A DNA stretch of 64,000 nucleotides from Blasia pusilla (lineage: Eukaryota), in contig CM114271.1 of assembly GCA_050084515.1 (NCBI GenBank), positions 19,592,001 through 19,656,000 on the forward strand, written 5' to 3'. The translations under genes were made by a program, and so were the position numbers. Each line of letters opens with the position of its first letter. The first letter of the stretch is position 1. Below the pieces are notes generated by a model. That model saw only the letters and a program-made list of their open reading frames with translations. It was not told the DNA's origin and did not search any database. Positions 36,901-49,900 of this stretch are shown here, one piece after another.

Positions 36901-39900
36901 CACCGCATCTGATCCCTTATAAACGTATTTGTAGAAGTACTCGACGGCATAAATTATACTTGTGATTTCAAGATTAATGTGACAATCAAAGAGGGTGCAT
37001 AACGTAGGATTATATGGCACAACCCAACAGTTATCCAATGAATGTTGGCTCTTAATTATCGCCCTCCCATTCTCCAATCTACAAAAACATGGTAACAAAA
37101 CATGAATATGCTTTCCAATACTACATGGGCATCATATGCCTTACAATAATAAAGATAAACCAAGATTAAAGAATCCTTACTTGCGATAGATCGGATAATC
37201 ATCTTCTGTCTCTGTAGAGTTCGCCGCAAAAGCCTTAGGATAGCCTTTGGTACATTTTTTTGTTTCCTTATCCATACATGGTGCATTTGGATTTAATGTC
37301 CAAATGGACCATGAACCATACAATTCGCAATAGTAGAATACAACCTTGGATGGGTGTATTGATCAAGGATTTTTGCTGAAATAATACGATCATAATCATG
37401 TGTGGTACGTGGTTTATCCTCCCGTCCTAATATAATAAGAACATGCACATGCGACAAACCTCTTTTTTGGAATTCCACCGCATGGATGCATCCTCTAACT
37501 CATCCCAATATTTTCTTCTTGATGATAAGTCTTAACAACTCCTTCTTCTTTTTCTCAAAAACTCGCATGACCAAATCTGGTCAGTCCGCAACTGATTGAC
37601 CAGGTAATAAGGCTGATGTAATCTCCTCCCACTTTGGATTGCATATCATAGTAAAAAATTAGTCTGGCTTCCCCAAATGTCTTACAATTACCATTGCATC
37701 TTGATACAATTGATGCATGTGACGTGACTCTCCAGTAAAAGAAGAAGGTAATATAATACGCTTCCCGAACCTCCGACTATCCACATCATGTCGATGCATG
37801 GCATCTTTTACACCTTGATATAATTCAGCCCTTAACTCCTTTTGATTCAAGCAAACCCACGACAATCGTTGCATCTCTATAGTGGCATAGAGGTCAACTA
37901 TATATTCTTGAGTAAGTCGACCAAACCGTAATAAGCGATTGTCATCTTCACCTCCAATCTGCGTTTGAAGTCCAAAACATGCAAATTGCAAGGCTGTAAC
38001 ACTCTTTGTTTTCCTTTCCTCAAAAATATCACCATCAACTCTTTCCTCATCCATCCAATATTTTTTGAGGTTGCAGGTGTCCCTCCTCATGAATAATCGG
38101 CCCAATCGATCAAATTCTCTATGGCCTTCAATCCTCCCAAAGGGTATTCCAGGACGCCAACCTGCTTCACCATAGATAAATAGTAGAACAAAATAAAGTG
38201 GAATCTATGCTTCATTGAGGTCTGATATACGCTTCACTCCTCCTCCATGTAGTCCTACAATTATATCACGATAGTTGTCGTGCGAATCCACATCGTCATA
38301 CAACATACATCTTTGACATACCATACTCACATACATACATAACATAGACGAGAGCATCCACAAACACAAGTGTACCACAACTGAAATCCGTGAAAGACCT
38401 ACTGTCATAAAACACGTATAGAATCACATACAATCGAGCCAAACCCACTCCACAATGGGAGAATCTAGGTCGAAGCTTGCGGGAAACACCATAGCCAAGA
38501 GCTCTACTCACTACCAAGGCTAACTCCCAACGCAACAGGGTCAACTCAAAGAACTAACTGTTCTTTGAGTGCACCCCACCTTATATCCTCCAACCTAAGA
38601 GCGGGCCCTAATGGAAAAGTCACCCTCCACTGAGTAACCCCCAACCCTATTCTAACGCAATAGCTACTCCGCCGCGGGTTGATGACATGCTAATCAAACT
38701 TGCAGCACCTGAAAATATCACCTGCATGGAGAGGCTACACTATACTATGCTCTACAGGTCCATCAACCAAAAACCTGAGATGCATAAAGTGCCTAACACC
38801 TCTCCCAACAGCACCAAATGAGCTACAACAGTGTGTACACTAGCATAGTTAAGAACTCAACAGTTAAGCGTCTTCCAAGCAGAATAGCCCAAAGATGGGT
38901 GACTAGTTATGCAACACTCAAATCACAAATCCTGCAAAAAATGCCTCACGCCCAAGCTTGCTTGCTTGCTTGCTCCTTGCTCCTTACTCCGCCTCTCACG
39001 CCCACTCGCCCCGAGCTACCACGAGTTGCCTCGAAGCCTCGAAGCCTCGAGAAATGCTCGAGACATGCCCCGTTCGCCGTGCTTCACTATGGAGAGAGGC
39101 CCAACCAGGGCGCCCCCAATGGGATAGGCGTCTCCAACAATGTACGAGTCACCAACCAACCAGCCCCTCCGATCCGCTATCCACCATAGCCAGACCTTGA
39201 GCTAGTCCGCGAAATTTTGATCAGCAATTACTCCGCAAATCCTCAACCAAAATGGAATCTATTTCAACCAGAATTCAATTGACCACCACAGCTATCTCTC
39301 CACAAAAAATCAGCTATAACCAAACTCTTACTCCGAGCTAAAAATCAGACAAACTTGCTGTCCATACATCTCCAGAATCGCAAATCCGACAGCGCTTCCG
39401 CCCAGTTTCATGCACGCAGAAATCCGCAACGCTCCACACACTCAAGCAGACAGCTTCACATGAGATCACAATACAAGTAGCAACAAGAACCTCTCACCCG
39501 ATCTGGATGAACTTCAACAGAGCTTCCGCACTCCAAGCTCTCCACATCAGAAAACCGTCGAACACAAACCAGAATCTTCAATCCTTGATAATTTCCAACT
39601 CCCTTGACGAAATCCGGCAATCTAAAGTGTGTTGGAAAGATCTCAAAAAGACGTTTCTTTCCCAACCAACCACGCACCAGATTCACACCTCCAAAATAGG
39701 CCACAAGCCATGAACATCCACGCCTGAGTACACAATCAGCCCTAACCAGATCCTACTGATCCACAATCGAAGCTACAATCGATCTACGTCAGTTCTTTGA
39801 GTGAAATCCGTGAAAGACCTACTGTCATAAAACACGTATAGAATCACATACAATCGAGCCAAACCCACTCCACGATGGGAGAATCTAGGTCGAAGCTTGC

Positions 39901-41450
39901 GGGAAACACCATAGCCAAGAGCTCTACTCACTACCACGGCTAACTCCCAACGCAATAGGGTCAACTCAAAGAACTAATTGTTCTTTGAGTGCACCCCACC
40001 TTATATCCTCCAACCTAAGAGCGGGCCCTACTGGAAAAGTCATCCTCCACTGAGTAACCCCCAACCCTATGTATGAAATCGCATCTCTACTCAGACACTG
40101 CGGCCCTACGTAAGGTATGGTCTCTACTAGCACACTATACTCTAAGACATAATCCGTATGGTCATGACATAGTCAACATCTTCACTACTATCACTCGACA
40201 AAATAGCCGCAACCTCATATGCAATTGGTAAGTTATAACGCTTAGCATTGAGACCTCTCTTACTTGCCTTGAGGATGATCCTCATATTAAGGTCAGTTGC
40301 TTCATATGCCATATGACAAAAGATCTTGACATATGGGTTGCATTCATGTAACGTGTCTTGTAGCCCTCTCAAAATATCTATATTAAGATTATAAAATCTA
40401 GACATAACTCTTCCACGATTCTCCAATTCATTTGTAGTATCATGGATATAGAGTTGAGCAAATTGGGGATGACCCCCTATATCAGAATGTAAGGGTCCAA
40501 TAGAATGATAGATTCCGTTTGGACCCTAAAGTGACCAGTGCCACCTATTTGTTCATTTACATACACTCCAATAGATGCAAGTTGAAGCGCAGAATTATAA
40601 GCTCTAGCATTTGCAAGGAAATGAAGAATTCTAGGACCAACATTTGATATCAAGGATTCCACGAAAGGAGGAGATGATTTCAAAAGTGGTAAATGTATTC
40701 TCCCATGGCCACAACACATGCCATATGGTGAGTCACTAAACTTGATACCTTTCACTCTTTCACATCTTAAACGTAAAGCATGACATGATGGACATATCTC
40801 TGTCATGGAACCCAAGGTATGACGACCGGTGATACGATTTAAACTCCCTCGTAATCTCAACTTCTTAATGTCACTTTCTTGGAAATTGGGTCTTCTTACA
40901 AGATTCAGTAAGGTATTTAATCTTACAACCCTCTGAACAACAAACAACGTAGCAAGGAGGAGTTCATCTTCAACTTGTGTTTGTTGTGCTAAGATTTCCT
41001 TGCGACCGGCACGCCTTTTTTGTTGTGCGTTTGCACGCATCAATCTTCGGAATTCGTGCAAATCTGGAGGGTTTGATGGAAGAGGAAGTGTGTGCAACAA
41101 ACAGGGCATTGCATAATTAAAAATCTAAACATGCATCATCGTGTAAATAGAAATAACGCACAAAACAAAGGTGCTTACATTAGAGATGTGTTCTTCGATC
41201 CTACAATTTGGATCCCCGTGATCGGTTGCAAAATTGGTATATTTGTGATAACATCTAGTGGCCGTCTCTCTATGTTTGGTAATAATCGGCCCATACTCCC
41301 CATCTACATCACACACGGAAAAACTATGAATTAAACTTGAGAAGAGAAATGAAGTGAAATAAAATATTAAAAATAAAATTTTAGAAATTGAAGGTGAAAG
41401 GTATAGATTGAATGCAAAGGAACAATGAAAAAGAGACATTCGTACGCCGC
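33915..41450 (-). mobile_element. Degenerate autonomous-type Helitron (RepHel); 5' end not located
   Basis: N-terminal CPSC...CC, Rep motifs LPSSFTG, EFQKRGLSHVH (HUH) and YFYKYVYKG, and Pif1 helicase motifs IDGPGGT, IIWDEAP, GGDFRQ, FAMTINKSQGQTL and HGQLYVALSRV. The 3' end is a GTGC-ATC-GCAC hairpin plus CTAG|T at 33915. Confidence 0.95.
38276..40169 (-). mobile_element. Solo-LTR-like insertion (1894 bp) inside the Helitron ORF
   Basis: TGTCGTGCG...CATGACA termini flanked by TAGT on both sides. Removing it restores the Helitron frame (SSEDVDYRDII). It contains a ~270-bp internal direct repeat (about 38382-38650 and 39802-40070). Confidence 0.9.
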
Positions 41451-42039
41451 CCTCTTTTTTTGAAATTATTTATTTTAGAATAAATAAAAAAACAGAAATA
41501 ATTCAAACAAAATTTGTCACATTCAAACAAAATTTGGAAGACATATAATGAAAAATTTTACGAAATACAAAGCTTGGAAAGGAAAAATTGCTACCCTAAG
41601 GAAAAGAAATGATGAAAATGAAACTAGCAAAAATTAGATGGGTCTATTTCTCATTTTTTTCAAAAAATAAAAAATAAAATAGAAGAGATAGAAAATTATG
41701 AAAATTAAATGGGGAAAAATGGGGAAAATTTTTTGATGGGAAGAAAAAAGGGAAAAAGGGGGTAAATTTGAGAAAATTCAAAATTTTAAATGGAAAATTT
41801 TAAATATATGAAAATTAAATTACAATTAGGTTAGGGATAGGTTCGGTGGCCCAAACCTAACCCTACCCTAACCCCAACTCCCGACCCTACCGGCCGCTGC
41901 CTCCTCTGCAGATCGTACGGAGGAGGCGGCGGCGAGTAGGGTCCAACGGTCCACTTCGTGTGGACCGTTAGATATGTCCTTGGACGGCTGGGGTCAGGCC
42001 AGCCGCCGCCCATGGCTCCTCCCTCCTACCCCCTTCGAC

Positions 42040-42545
42040 TCTCCCGCTCCCACCCTCCCTCGCCCGCACTCTTTTTCGCCTTACTCTCCTCCGCTCTGTC
42101 TCCCCCGCCCTCTCTTACCCCTCCACTTTTCGCACACTGGATGGAAACAAGCTATGGGTTTGTTGAGGCACTTGAGTGCCTCTCGTGCTCTCTTGCTCTC
42201 ACTCTCCCCCGCTCTCTTTTTCGCCTTACTCCCTCCGTTGTGTCTCCTCCCCTCTCTCTCCCCCGCCCTCTCTTACCCCTCCGCTTTTCGCACACTGGAT
42301 GGAAACAGGCTATGGGTTTGTTGAGGCACTTGAGTGCCTCTCGTGCTCTCATGCTCGGCTCTTCGTGCATAGTTTGGCCTTACTCTCTTCCCCTCTCTCT
42401 CCCTTGCTCTCTCTTACCCCTCCAATTTTCGCACACTTCCCCCCACTTTTCCTTCGTGCACTCAAGGAGGCTATCGTTGGATCGAAACATGCTATGGGTT
42501 TGTTGAGGCACTTGAGTGCCTCTCGTGCTCTCTTGCTCTCATGCT
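42040..42545. repeat. CT-rich tandem repeat, 3 copies (periods 158 and 182 bp)
   Basis: GCTATGGGTTTGTTGAGGCACTTGAGTGCCTCTCGTGCTCTC at 42151, 42309 and 42491. Confidence 0.9.
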
Positions 42546-42945
42546 TGGTTATGATGTTCTACCCTTGAGTGCCTCGTGCCAAGATCTTGGCTTCTGGGTT
42601 CGTTTCGTGCACAGTTCGGAGCAGGAGCAGGGCTTCAAGCATAGTTCGTCTTGGGAGGGTGGCTTAACATTTACCCTTCTGTGCGCGCTTTAGGGTTTAG
42701 TATGTGTAGCTGGAATGGAGCGGGAGTTTAGTTGGGTTCCCATCTTGCAATTTTTGTTGCTGGCTTGTGATCGTGCTCTAGTGTTCCGGGTTTCTTACTA
42801 TGAGCGCGCCTAGTGCCATCGCTTTATGTTTTCAGTTCAGGGTTTCTTAGTATGAGCACGCCTAGTGCCATCGCTTTGAGATTTCAGCTTAACAATTTCA
42901 ATTTATGTCTCTATATTAAGTTCGGCCCCTGATTTCACGTCAATG

Positions 42946-43936
42946 TCTCTTGGGTTTCAATGGAGAAAGGGGCCCCATTTCTGTGCTAAAATCGCAGCAA
43001 ACCTAGTTCCGCCAACAACCCTAAGTGTGCTCTATAGCTTGCTGAAGGCTCTTCTCTATCTCCCTTCATCCCGGACTTCACTTCTACCAATAGTCCATAG
43101 CGCGCTCTCTAGTGCGCTTACAGCTGTACCCCCGGATTTTGATCTCAACCGCGGCCTTCCTACTTAGTGTCTCAGCCCTGGCCTTCCTGCTTAGATTTAG
43201 ATCAGGTGATACAAGCCATCATTCGCGGCTTTCCTTTGAAGGTAAGATTCAAGTGCTTCGTCCGACAGGGATGGCAGAAGTCGCCTACAAATTGTCTCGT
43301 GTTTTAAGGTTCAAATGCTTTCTCCGTGGTCTGATTGGGCATGTCTATTTCAAGACGTTCTACCTATTAACTTTACTATCTGTGGGAACACTTTTAATGT
43401 TCTAACGCGAAAAGGGACTCTGGTCATGGAGCATCAAATGTAGTCCGAGCTAATATATGGGCATCATGAGTGCGCCTTTCCCGTCCGGGATGATAATTTG
43501 GATCAGCCTGCTTTAGGTAGGACTTCTTAGCCTAGCTCACGGACCTCTCGTACACTTTCGGATGTCAGAAATTTGTGTCTCCCCTTGGGTATACTAATCT
43601 TGCCATTTGAACTTCCGAGCTGCCACCATCTCTCTCGGGTTTCAATGTAGAAAGGGGCCCCATTTCTTTGCTGAAATCGTAGCAAACCTAGTTCCGCCAA
43701 CAACCCTAAGTGCGCTCTATAGCTTGCTGAAGGCTGTTCTCTATCTCCCTTCATCCCGGACTTCACTTCTGCCAAAAGCCCATAGGGCGCTCTCTAGTGC
43801 GCTTACGGCTATACCACCGGATTTTGTTCTCAACCGCGGCCTTCCTACTTAGTGTCTCAACCGCGGCCTTCCTGCTTAGATTTAGATCAGGTGATTGAAG
43901 TCATCATTCGCGGCTTTCCTTTGAAGGTAAGATTCA
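42946..43936. repeat. 306-bp direct repeat (42946-43251 and 43631-43936)
   Basis: Colinear, highly similar copies that both end GAAGGTAAGATTCA. Confidence 0.92.
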
Positions 43937-44802
43937 GGTTGGGTCCATGACATTTTACATGATAGGCTAGAGTACTCAAGCGGAGTACTTTGATAGTGAA
44001 ATATGACAGTCGTACACATCTTCAAATTCATCTCAAGTTGCTTTCATTTTCAAGTAAATCTTACATGTCAGAGGTCCTCAAAGAACTCATGAACTATATC
44101 TGATTGAATCTACCCAGCAACAAAATCAGAGCATACATAGATATTCACTACTACACCTTTCCCCTTTTTCATTTTTTGAGTCAATTTCTCTGTAGCTTGG
44201 GGATCTGAAATCGGTGAAGTAGGCACATCAAGGCTGATCGGAAATCTTCTATGAGATGGCAAGCTGCGCCCTTGATGATTGGGGTGTGGCGTCCTCTGAC
44301 GTTTCAACCTAGACTCTCCCTCCATCGTGTATCTTCTTTCGTTGGTGGGCTTTCTCAGCTGATATGGGGGAGTCCCTTGGACGTCGAATAGGACGTCTTT
44401 TCTGGATCCCCCCACCCGATTTGGAATGTACCCTTTGTCGGATGACGCAGGGTGTTCTCGAAAAGGAAGGGAATCTTTTATTGCACCCTCGAAGCCAGGA
44501 GCGTACACGGGTGTTAGTCTTTCTCCCCTAGGAGGACTATTGTGGAAGTACGATTTCTTCCACCTACTCAAACACATGCAATCCTCTTGGGAAATGGGAG
44601 ACCACTTCGAACACTCCAATACATGGAGATCTGATGATTTCACATCGTAGTGTTTTTTTGATGATTTGCTCTTTGATACATTCTTTCCCTTTGCTTGTGT
44701 GGACTTCTTTGCTATGATCCAAGTTGCCATTCTGCTTCGTTCTATGTTGTTGAGGTTGGGTGCAGGGTCGAGCAGTCGGTGCTAAAGAGAGAGGAGTACT
44801 TC

Positions 44803-45408
44803 GAGAACTTCGGAAGCTATTGCCGAAGCTAAACTCGCACTTTGACAGACACTTGAAGAGCTGAAGCCGAAGTTGAACTCGCGCACCTGGACATGTAGTT
44901 CAAAAGCTAAAGCGGAAGCTATACTCGAACTTGGTCGGGAACTTGAAAGTAGGGGTTTTTGCCGATGGAGGTGGACTCAAGTTGCTAGACTTAGCAACTC
45001 GAGTCTTCAGGAGATGAATCCAAAGTTCAACCCGACTTCAAAGACTTGAGTACCTGGACTGCAACATACATATCAACATAAGTAGAACTTTGGAAGCTAT
45101 CGCCGAAGTTAAACTCGCACCTGGATAGACACTTGAATAGTTGAAGCCGAAGCTAAACTCACGCACCTGGACAGACACTTGAATAGCTGAAGCCGAAGCT
45201 AAACCTCACGCACCTCGACGAGCACTTGAAGAATTGAAGCGGAAGCTAAAATCGCACTTGGACAGGAACTTTAAAGCAGGGGCTTTGTTGACAGAACTGG
45301 AGTCGAGTTGGTAGACTTAGTAACTCGAGTCTTCAAGAGCTGAATCCGAAGTTCAACCCGACTTCAAAGACTTGAGTACCTGGATTGTAGCATACAGATC
45401 AACATAAT
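44803..45408. repeat. Higher-order tandem duplication (~280 and ~325 bp) built from ~40-bp GAAGCCGAAGCTAAACTCGCAC monomers
   Basis: Blocks start near 44803 and 45084, and both end in GAGTACCTGGA...TCAACATAA. Confidence 0.85.
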
Positions 45409-46197
45409 TAGTAGTTGCACCTCTATTGGAATAGTATACAATAGAGCACAATAAGAATATTGTAGTAGACAATGGCACTTTGAGCTGCCTTGTAAGTGAG
45501 TTAACAAATCAATAAATCCCAGCAGCTAAAGCCTCCGTAACAATTCTATGGAGCCTGAAAGCAAACGTCACCTAAGCAGGGGTTGGAGTGTGCAGAATGA
45601 ATGGACTTTGTAATTTTCCATGCAAGCAATAAATACGTTGTTGCCTAAGCTTCTAAACCCTAAGAGCAGACAATGACAACCCTTCGAGGAATGAGAGGGT
45701 AACCTCATCGACGGCTGCCGCTTGTCAGACCGTATCTGTCTAAGTACAGAGTTTGAAAGCATTCAAAAGAAAACCGTTATAAAAATGCGGCGGATCTATG
45801 AAAGCCCTAAGACGTGGAGAAGCAGCCCGACACTCATCCACACGTGCAAAAATGCGATTAGTGTATACCCTCATAAGCGCAAAAGGCCACGTGTCAATAG
45901 CATAAGCGTTTGCCCAGCGAGAATGCATTCGCCCATAATAGTAAGGATGATGGCCCCACCGCTTTCCGCGGGGGTTTCAGGGTGCAAACCTAACGGATGT
46001 TTGACGCCAATCTTGGGTGTCTTGAGTGGTGGATGCCCTCTCTCCTTATGCGAAACTGTCTTGGACTCTGACGCAGTGGGATTGGTTGCAAATGGTTTTG
46101 GAGGTGTTCTTTTGAGTAAGCAGGTGGAGATCATCGTGCAGAGTGCGGGCAGAGGGGGGATTCTCGCGGGGTCTCAGAATGTGAGACTGCAGCGTAC

Positions 46198-48160
46198 ATG
46201 AAGGGGAAGCGCGATTTGAAGGCGCCCTGGCGTTCGCCCATGCCTGGGCATGCGCGAACGCCAGGGCTTCCGCCAACGAAATTTAAGCCGAAGAGCAGAA
46301 AGAAGCTTGGGGGTGGAGGTCTGAGCCTGGAGGCGTTTGTTACTGCGAAGAGCAAGCCTGCCGTCAACCCTGCGGCGATACGTAAGTGGACCGTTTTGCA
46401 GGCCTCATTTATCTTCCGAAGTGTGGTACCCTGAGCGTCGATTTTATTGGACGTGGAGTCGTGGATGCATTTGTACCTATCGTGTCTGGATTATCAAGAC
46501 ATTCGCAGCCTTGCGCAATCGTGGAAAGAGAGTCTTGCTTCATAGAGATAAAAATTTTCCACCCAAGCTGTAAAACTGTGGACTTCAGAATGAGAGTCCA
46601 GTCCGATCTCATACAAACCTTCACCATTTTTGTCATGAGGATGGAGTTTCGTATGTTTGAACATGGTGTTTTTCACTGGTTGGTGTCTTGTATGGTCCGA
46701 TTCATGTAGGATTCCATTTTCCCATACATCAGAAGCTTGACGGTTCATCCCTAAATTTTCATTTCTGCTGTCATTCAGATGCTCCATGGCTGTCATGCAT
46801 TCTTTCTTGTCAAATGGGGTAATTTTCGTATCTGGAAGCTGTTGTGTATTTCTGAGTTTCAACTTTATGCTGCCATTCGTCAAGAACTGCAGGAGAGCAT
46901 CGGGAGTTTTATCAAAACGCGAAGAAGGTCAACAAGTATAAGAAACTTGTGAAGCGGCTTAATCAGGGAGATGGGAGCTCTGAGTCCCCGGTTAACGAAG
47001 TTGCCGAGAAGCAGGTATTTTCTCTCTATGCTGTTGCTTTCAAGTTCCTCTGCCATAGTTGTCACAGCTTCTAGTGAGCTGCAAACTGCAGGCATTCTGT
47101 GATATCCTCTTAGGCCATCCTAGCTCCTTGCACTGTCTATACAGGGCATGGGATGGTTTATTGGATAGCCAAAACGGACACTTCTGTATGAGGTCGATGC
47201 TCTCTTATTTGGCTCCTCTAGCTATCATCCGTCCGTCTTGTTCTGGTGCTTCCGTGCTACTGATTTTCAAATTTCTTTCATTCATAATGTCACAAAATTT
47301 CGTCCTCTCTGCCTGTTCTCACAAATCCCTGACATGTGTCGGAAAATCCGAAGGTATTGCTTTAGAATGGATCTGATGTCGTCAAAAGCGCTTTTGACTG
47401 ATTCAGGAGATGCTAGGTTGCTTTAACATCAAACTAACAGGGTTTCAAAGCCATATATCACAATGTTATCTCTTGATCCACTTCTCTCCCCCTCTCTGTC
47501 TCTTTTGTTGTAAGCCTTTTACCAAGGCCAAATGTGGACCAGACTTTATACTCAGCACAATTTCAAAGAAGAGGCTGCATAGTTGAAAGCTTAAGGATTC
47601 AGTCCCCTGCAGTATCAGTTACTCTACTTTAGCCCTGGTTGAAATCTCTGAATCGCTTTTGGATAAGGGACTGAGATGAAGTTGTGAATTTCTGAATGTT
47701 TTTCAGTGGAATCTATTTTTCCTCACCCTTTCTGCTGGTCTAAATTGATTCTAATGTGCTGGCTTTGTCTTTTCAGGCTGAAGAACGCTCCGATGATATT
47801 GGGCTTGACATCAGTGTCCCCAAGAAAACACAAGTGTTTAAAAGAGTACCATTTTTCAAGGATAACCAGAGTCTTCAATTCAAGGCTCTTAAGAAGTTTG
47901 AGAAGCAACAAAAGGGTGATGCACCTTCACGTTTGGAAAAGCTGAGGGAAGAGTTTAAAATGAAGAAAGAGGAAGAAGAGCAGTTGAGGAAAGAGAGGGA
48001 AGAGCTCTATACGTCACAGCGAGAGGCAAGAGAGAAGGCGCAACAGCAAAGGAAGGATGTGCAATCTAAAATGAGGAAGAAGACAGGTCGAGGCCAGCCT
48101 GTCATGAAGCACCGAATGCAGAACATCCTCGAGATGCTACAACGGGAAGCTAGTTGCTGA
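46198..48160 (+). CDS. rRNA-processing protein, FYV7/TAP26(CCDC59)-like, 3 coding exons, 229 aa
   Basis: GT-AG exons 46198-46381, 46893-47014 and 47777-48160 join in frame. Motifs LGGGGLSLEAF, REFYQNAKKVNKYKK, a charged coiled coil and C-terminal KKTGRGQPVMKHRMQNILEML. Confidence 0.88.
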
Positions 48161-49694
48161 CACTCTACATAGCTAATGCTTTCACAAAGTCCACGGAAAC
48201 TTATATTCAAAGAGGAACTGCATCCAATCTTACCTATCCAACTGAACCACAGAGGTGGGGAAAGAGGACCACAGGTTCTGATGGTTCTCTTTTGCATTAT
48301 GGAGGCATCCCTGTGAGGGAACCCAACCAAACATGTGGGTTATCTGTGACAGGCAAGTGCTAGTGCACAATGTTCTCGTCACAGGAAGAGGTTCCTTGCT
48401 GCATGGACTGAATGCAGTATTTGAGATGCTGAACATGTGGATGGACTCGTCCATTGTGCTGGTCCTATACTGTGACGAGTATTCTCAATTACAAGGTTAT
48501 CAGTAGGTGTGGTCTAGCTCAGTGGTATTTGAGGGTTCATTTGTTACACCAATTGGGATACTGAGAATTTCACGATTAACAGGCCTTGCCAATAGAGCAA
48601 GAGTGGTGCTGGGATGGGAAAGGTCATCTTTCCAAGCATAGACATCCAAGTTGGTGACCAAATCACCAAATTTTGTATTGAGTGTAAAGTTATGGAAGAA
48701 TTTCAATCTCCTCCCAACAAAAGTCCAAAGATACTATTTCAGCTTCTGGTTTGCTTGCAGTCTCTGGGCAAGCCAAATCCAATGGGCCTGAAGTCTGAGT
48801 TCAAGGTCAGTGCACTTTTTCTACTTGGAACTTGTTGTATTCCTGGTAGGACTCCACCTGATTATGGACTGGAGGTTTGGGTAAATTTTACCAGGAAGGT
48901 TCTATGTTCTTGTGTGGTCATGAAGACGGGGAGGAAAGCATGGCAAGCCCATCCGGAGTTTATCAATGCATCTCTAGTCCTTGACTAGGCTGTAACTGGA
49001 GCAAGCATTTCAAGGAGCAAACAGATATGTTACTATGTCTGAGGTGGATCTAGCTCCCACAGGTGGGGCAGCCTAAAGGAATCTTGTTTGTTCGTAGCCC
49101 AGGCAAGTTTCCTAAAACCTGGCTTCATTCTCCGGAAATCTCTGTATGCACTGTTGTACCCTCCTGATTTTCTGACAGTACTGGATAACATCCAGTACTG
49201 GGTGTGATTGTGACAATAGATTAATATAGAACTACTTGTTCACTCCCAACTTTCTGACAGTACTGATCACATGAAGAATGCTTGTGACATTAGATGAAAG
49301 TGGAAATACTCATTTCTTCTCGTACTGAAAATCAGGGTGATGTGATCATTTCTTCTCCGCTTTCTCAAAAGCAAGGCTCTACAACTAACTCCACGGTCGA
49401 ATCCCCAGCCGTCATTGTACAGTTTGTAACGGGAGTGACTCGCTGGAAATGCTCGAAAGTCGAGTGACATAAATTCGGATTCTCGTGGTTATGGAGGCTC
49501 ACAACATTCCTCGCCACGAATCTTCCAATTTTTCAAATCTCGCGGTCGTGGGAGTCAGGGACGATGGGGTCACATGAACCCACGCATTAGAGGTCGTTCG
49601 GTGATTCGTCCGTGTGGCACCTAACAGTACTTGTCAGGTCGGTGACGAGTTTCTCTAGAAGCAACCGATATAGCCCTCCCCAGTCCCACGAGGC

Positions 49695-49900
49695 CAGGGC
49701 TCGGCAAGGATTTTTATAGCTTCCCCAGAGAAATTTGAAAGTAGGTGGCAATTTCGCCGTTGTAGCCGGTTTTTTAAAAATTAACAAAGAAAACCAAGTT
49801 TTTTCGTTGGAACTTTTCCAGAATTTTCAGATTTGAACTGAAAATCACACATTTCCAACTGGTCGCTTTGACAAAGAATGCCGGTTCTTGTCGAGCATTG
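49695..49900. mobile_element. hAT-type MITE, second (inverted) copy
   Basis: Exact reverse-complement matches to 19662-19847: GCTCGGCAAGGATTTTTA and AAGAATGCCGGTTCTTG. TIRs are retained; the TSD is decayed. Confidence 0.8.

Noticed and set aside
42946-43936. 306-bp direct repeats as the LTRs of a TRIM
   Set aside because: No TG...CA termini, PPT or TSD could be seen.
19662-49900. Inverted repeats 30 kb apart suggesting one giant element
   Set aside because: Each repeat has its own TIRs and the first has its own 8-bp TSD, so they are independent MITE copies.
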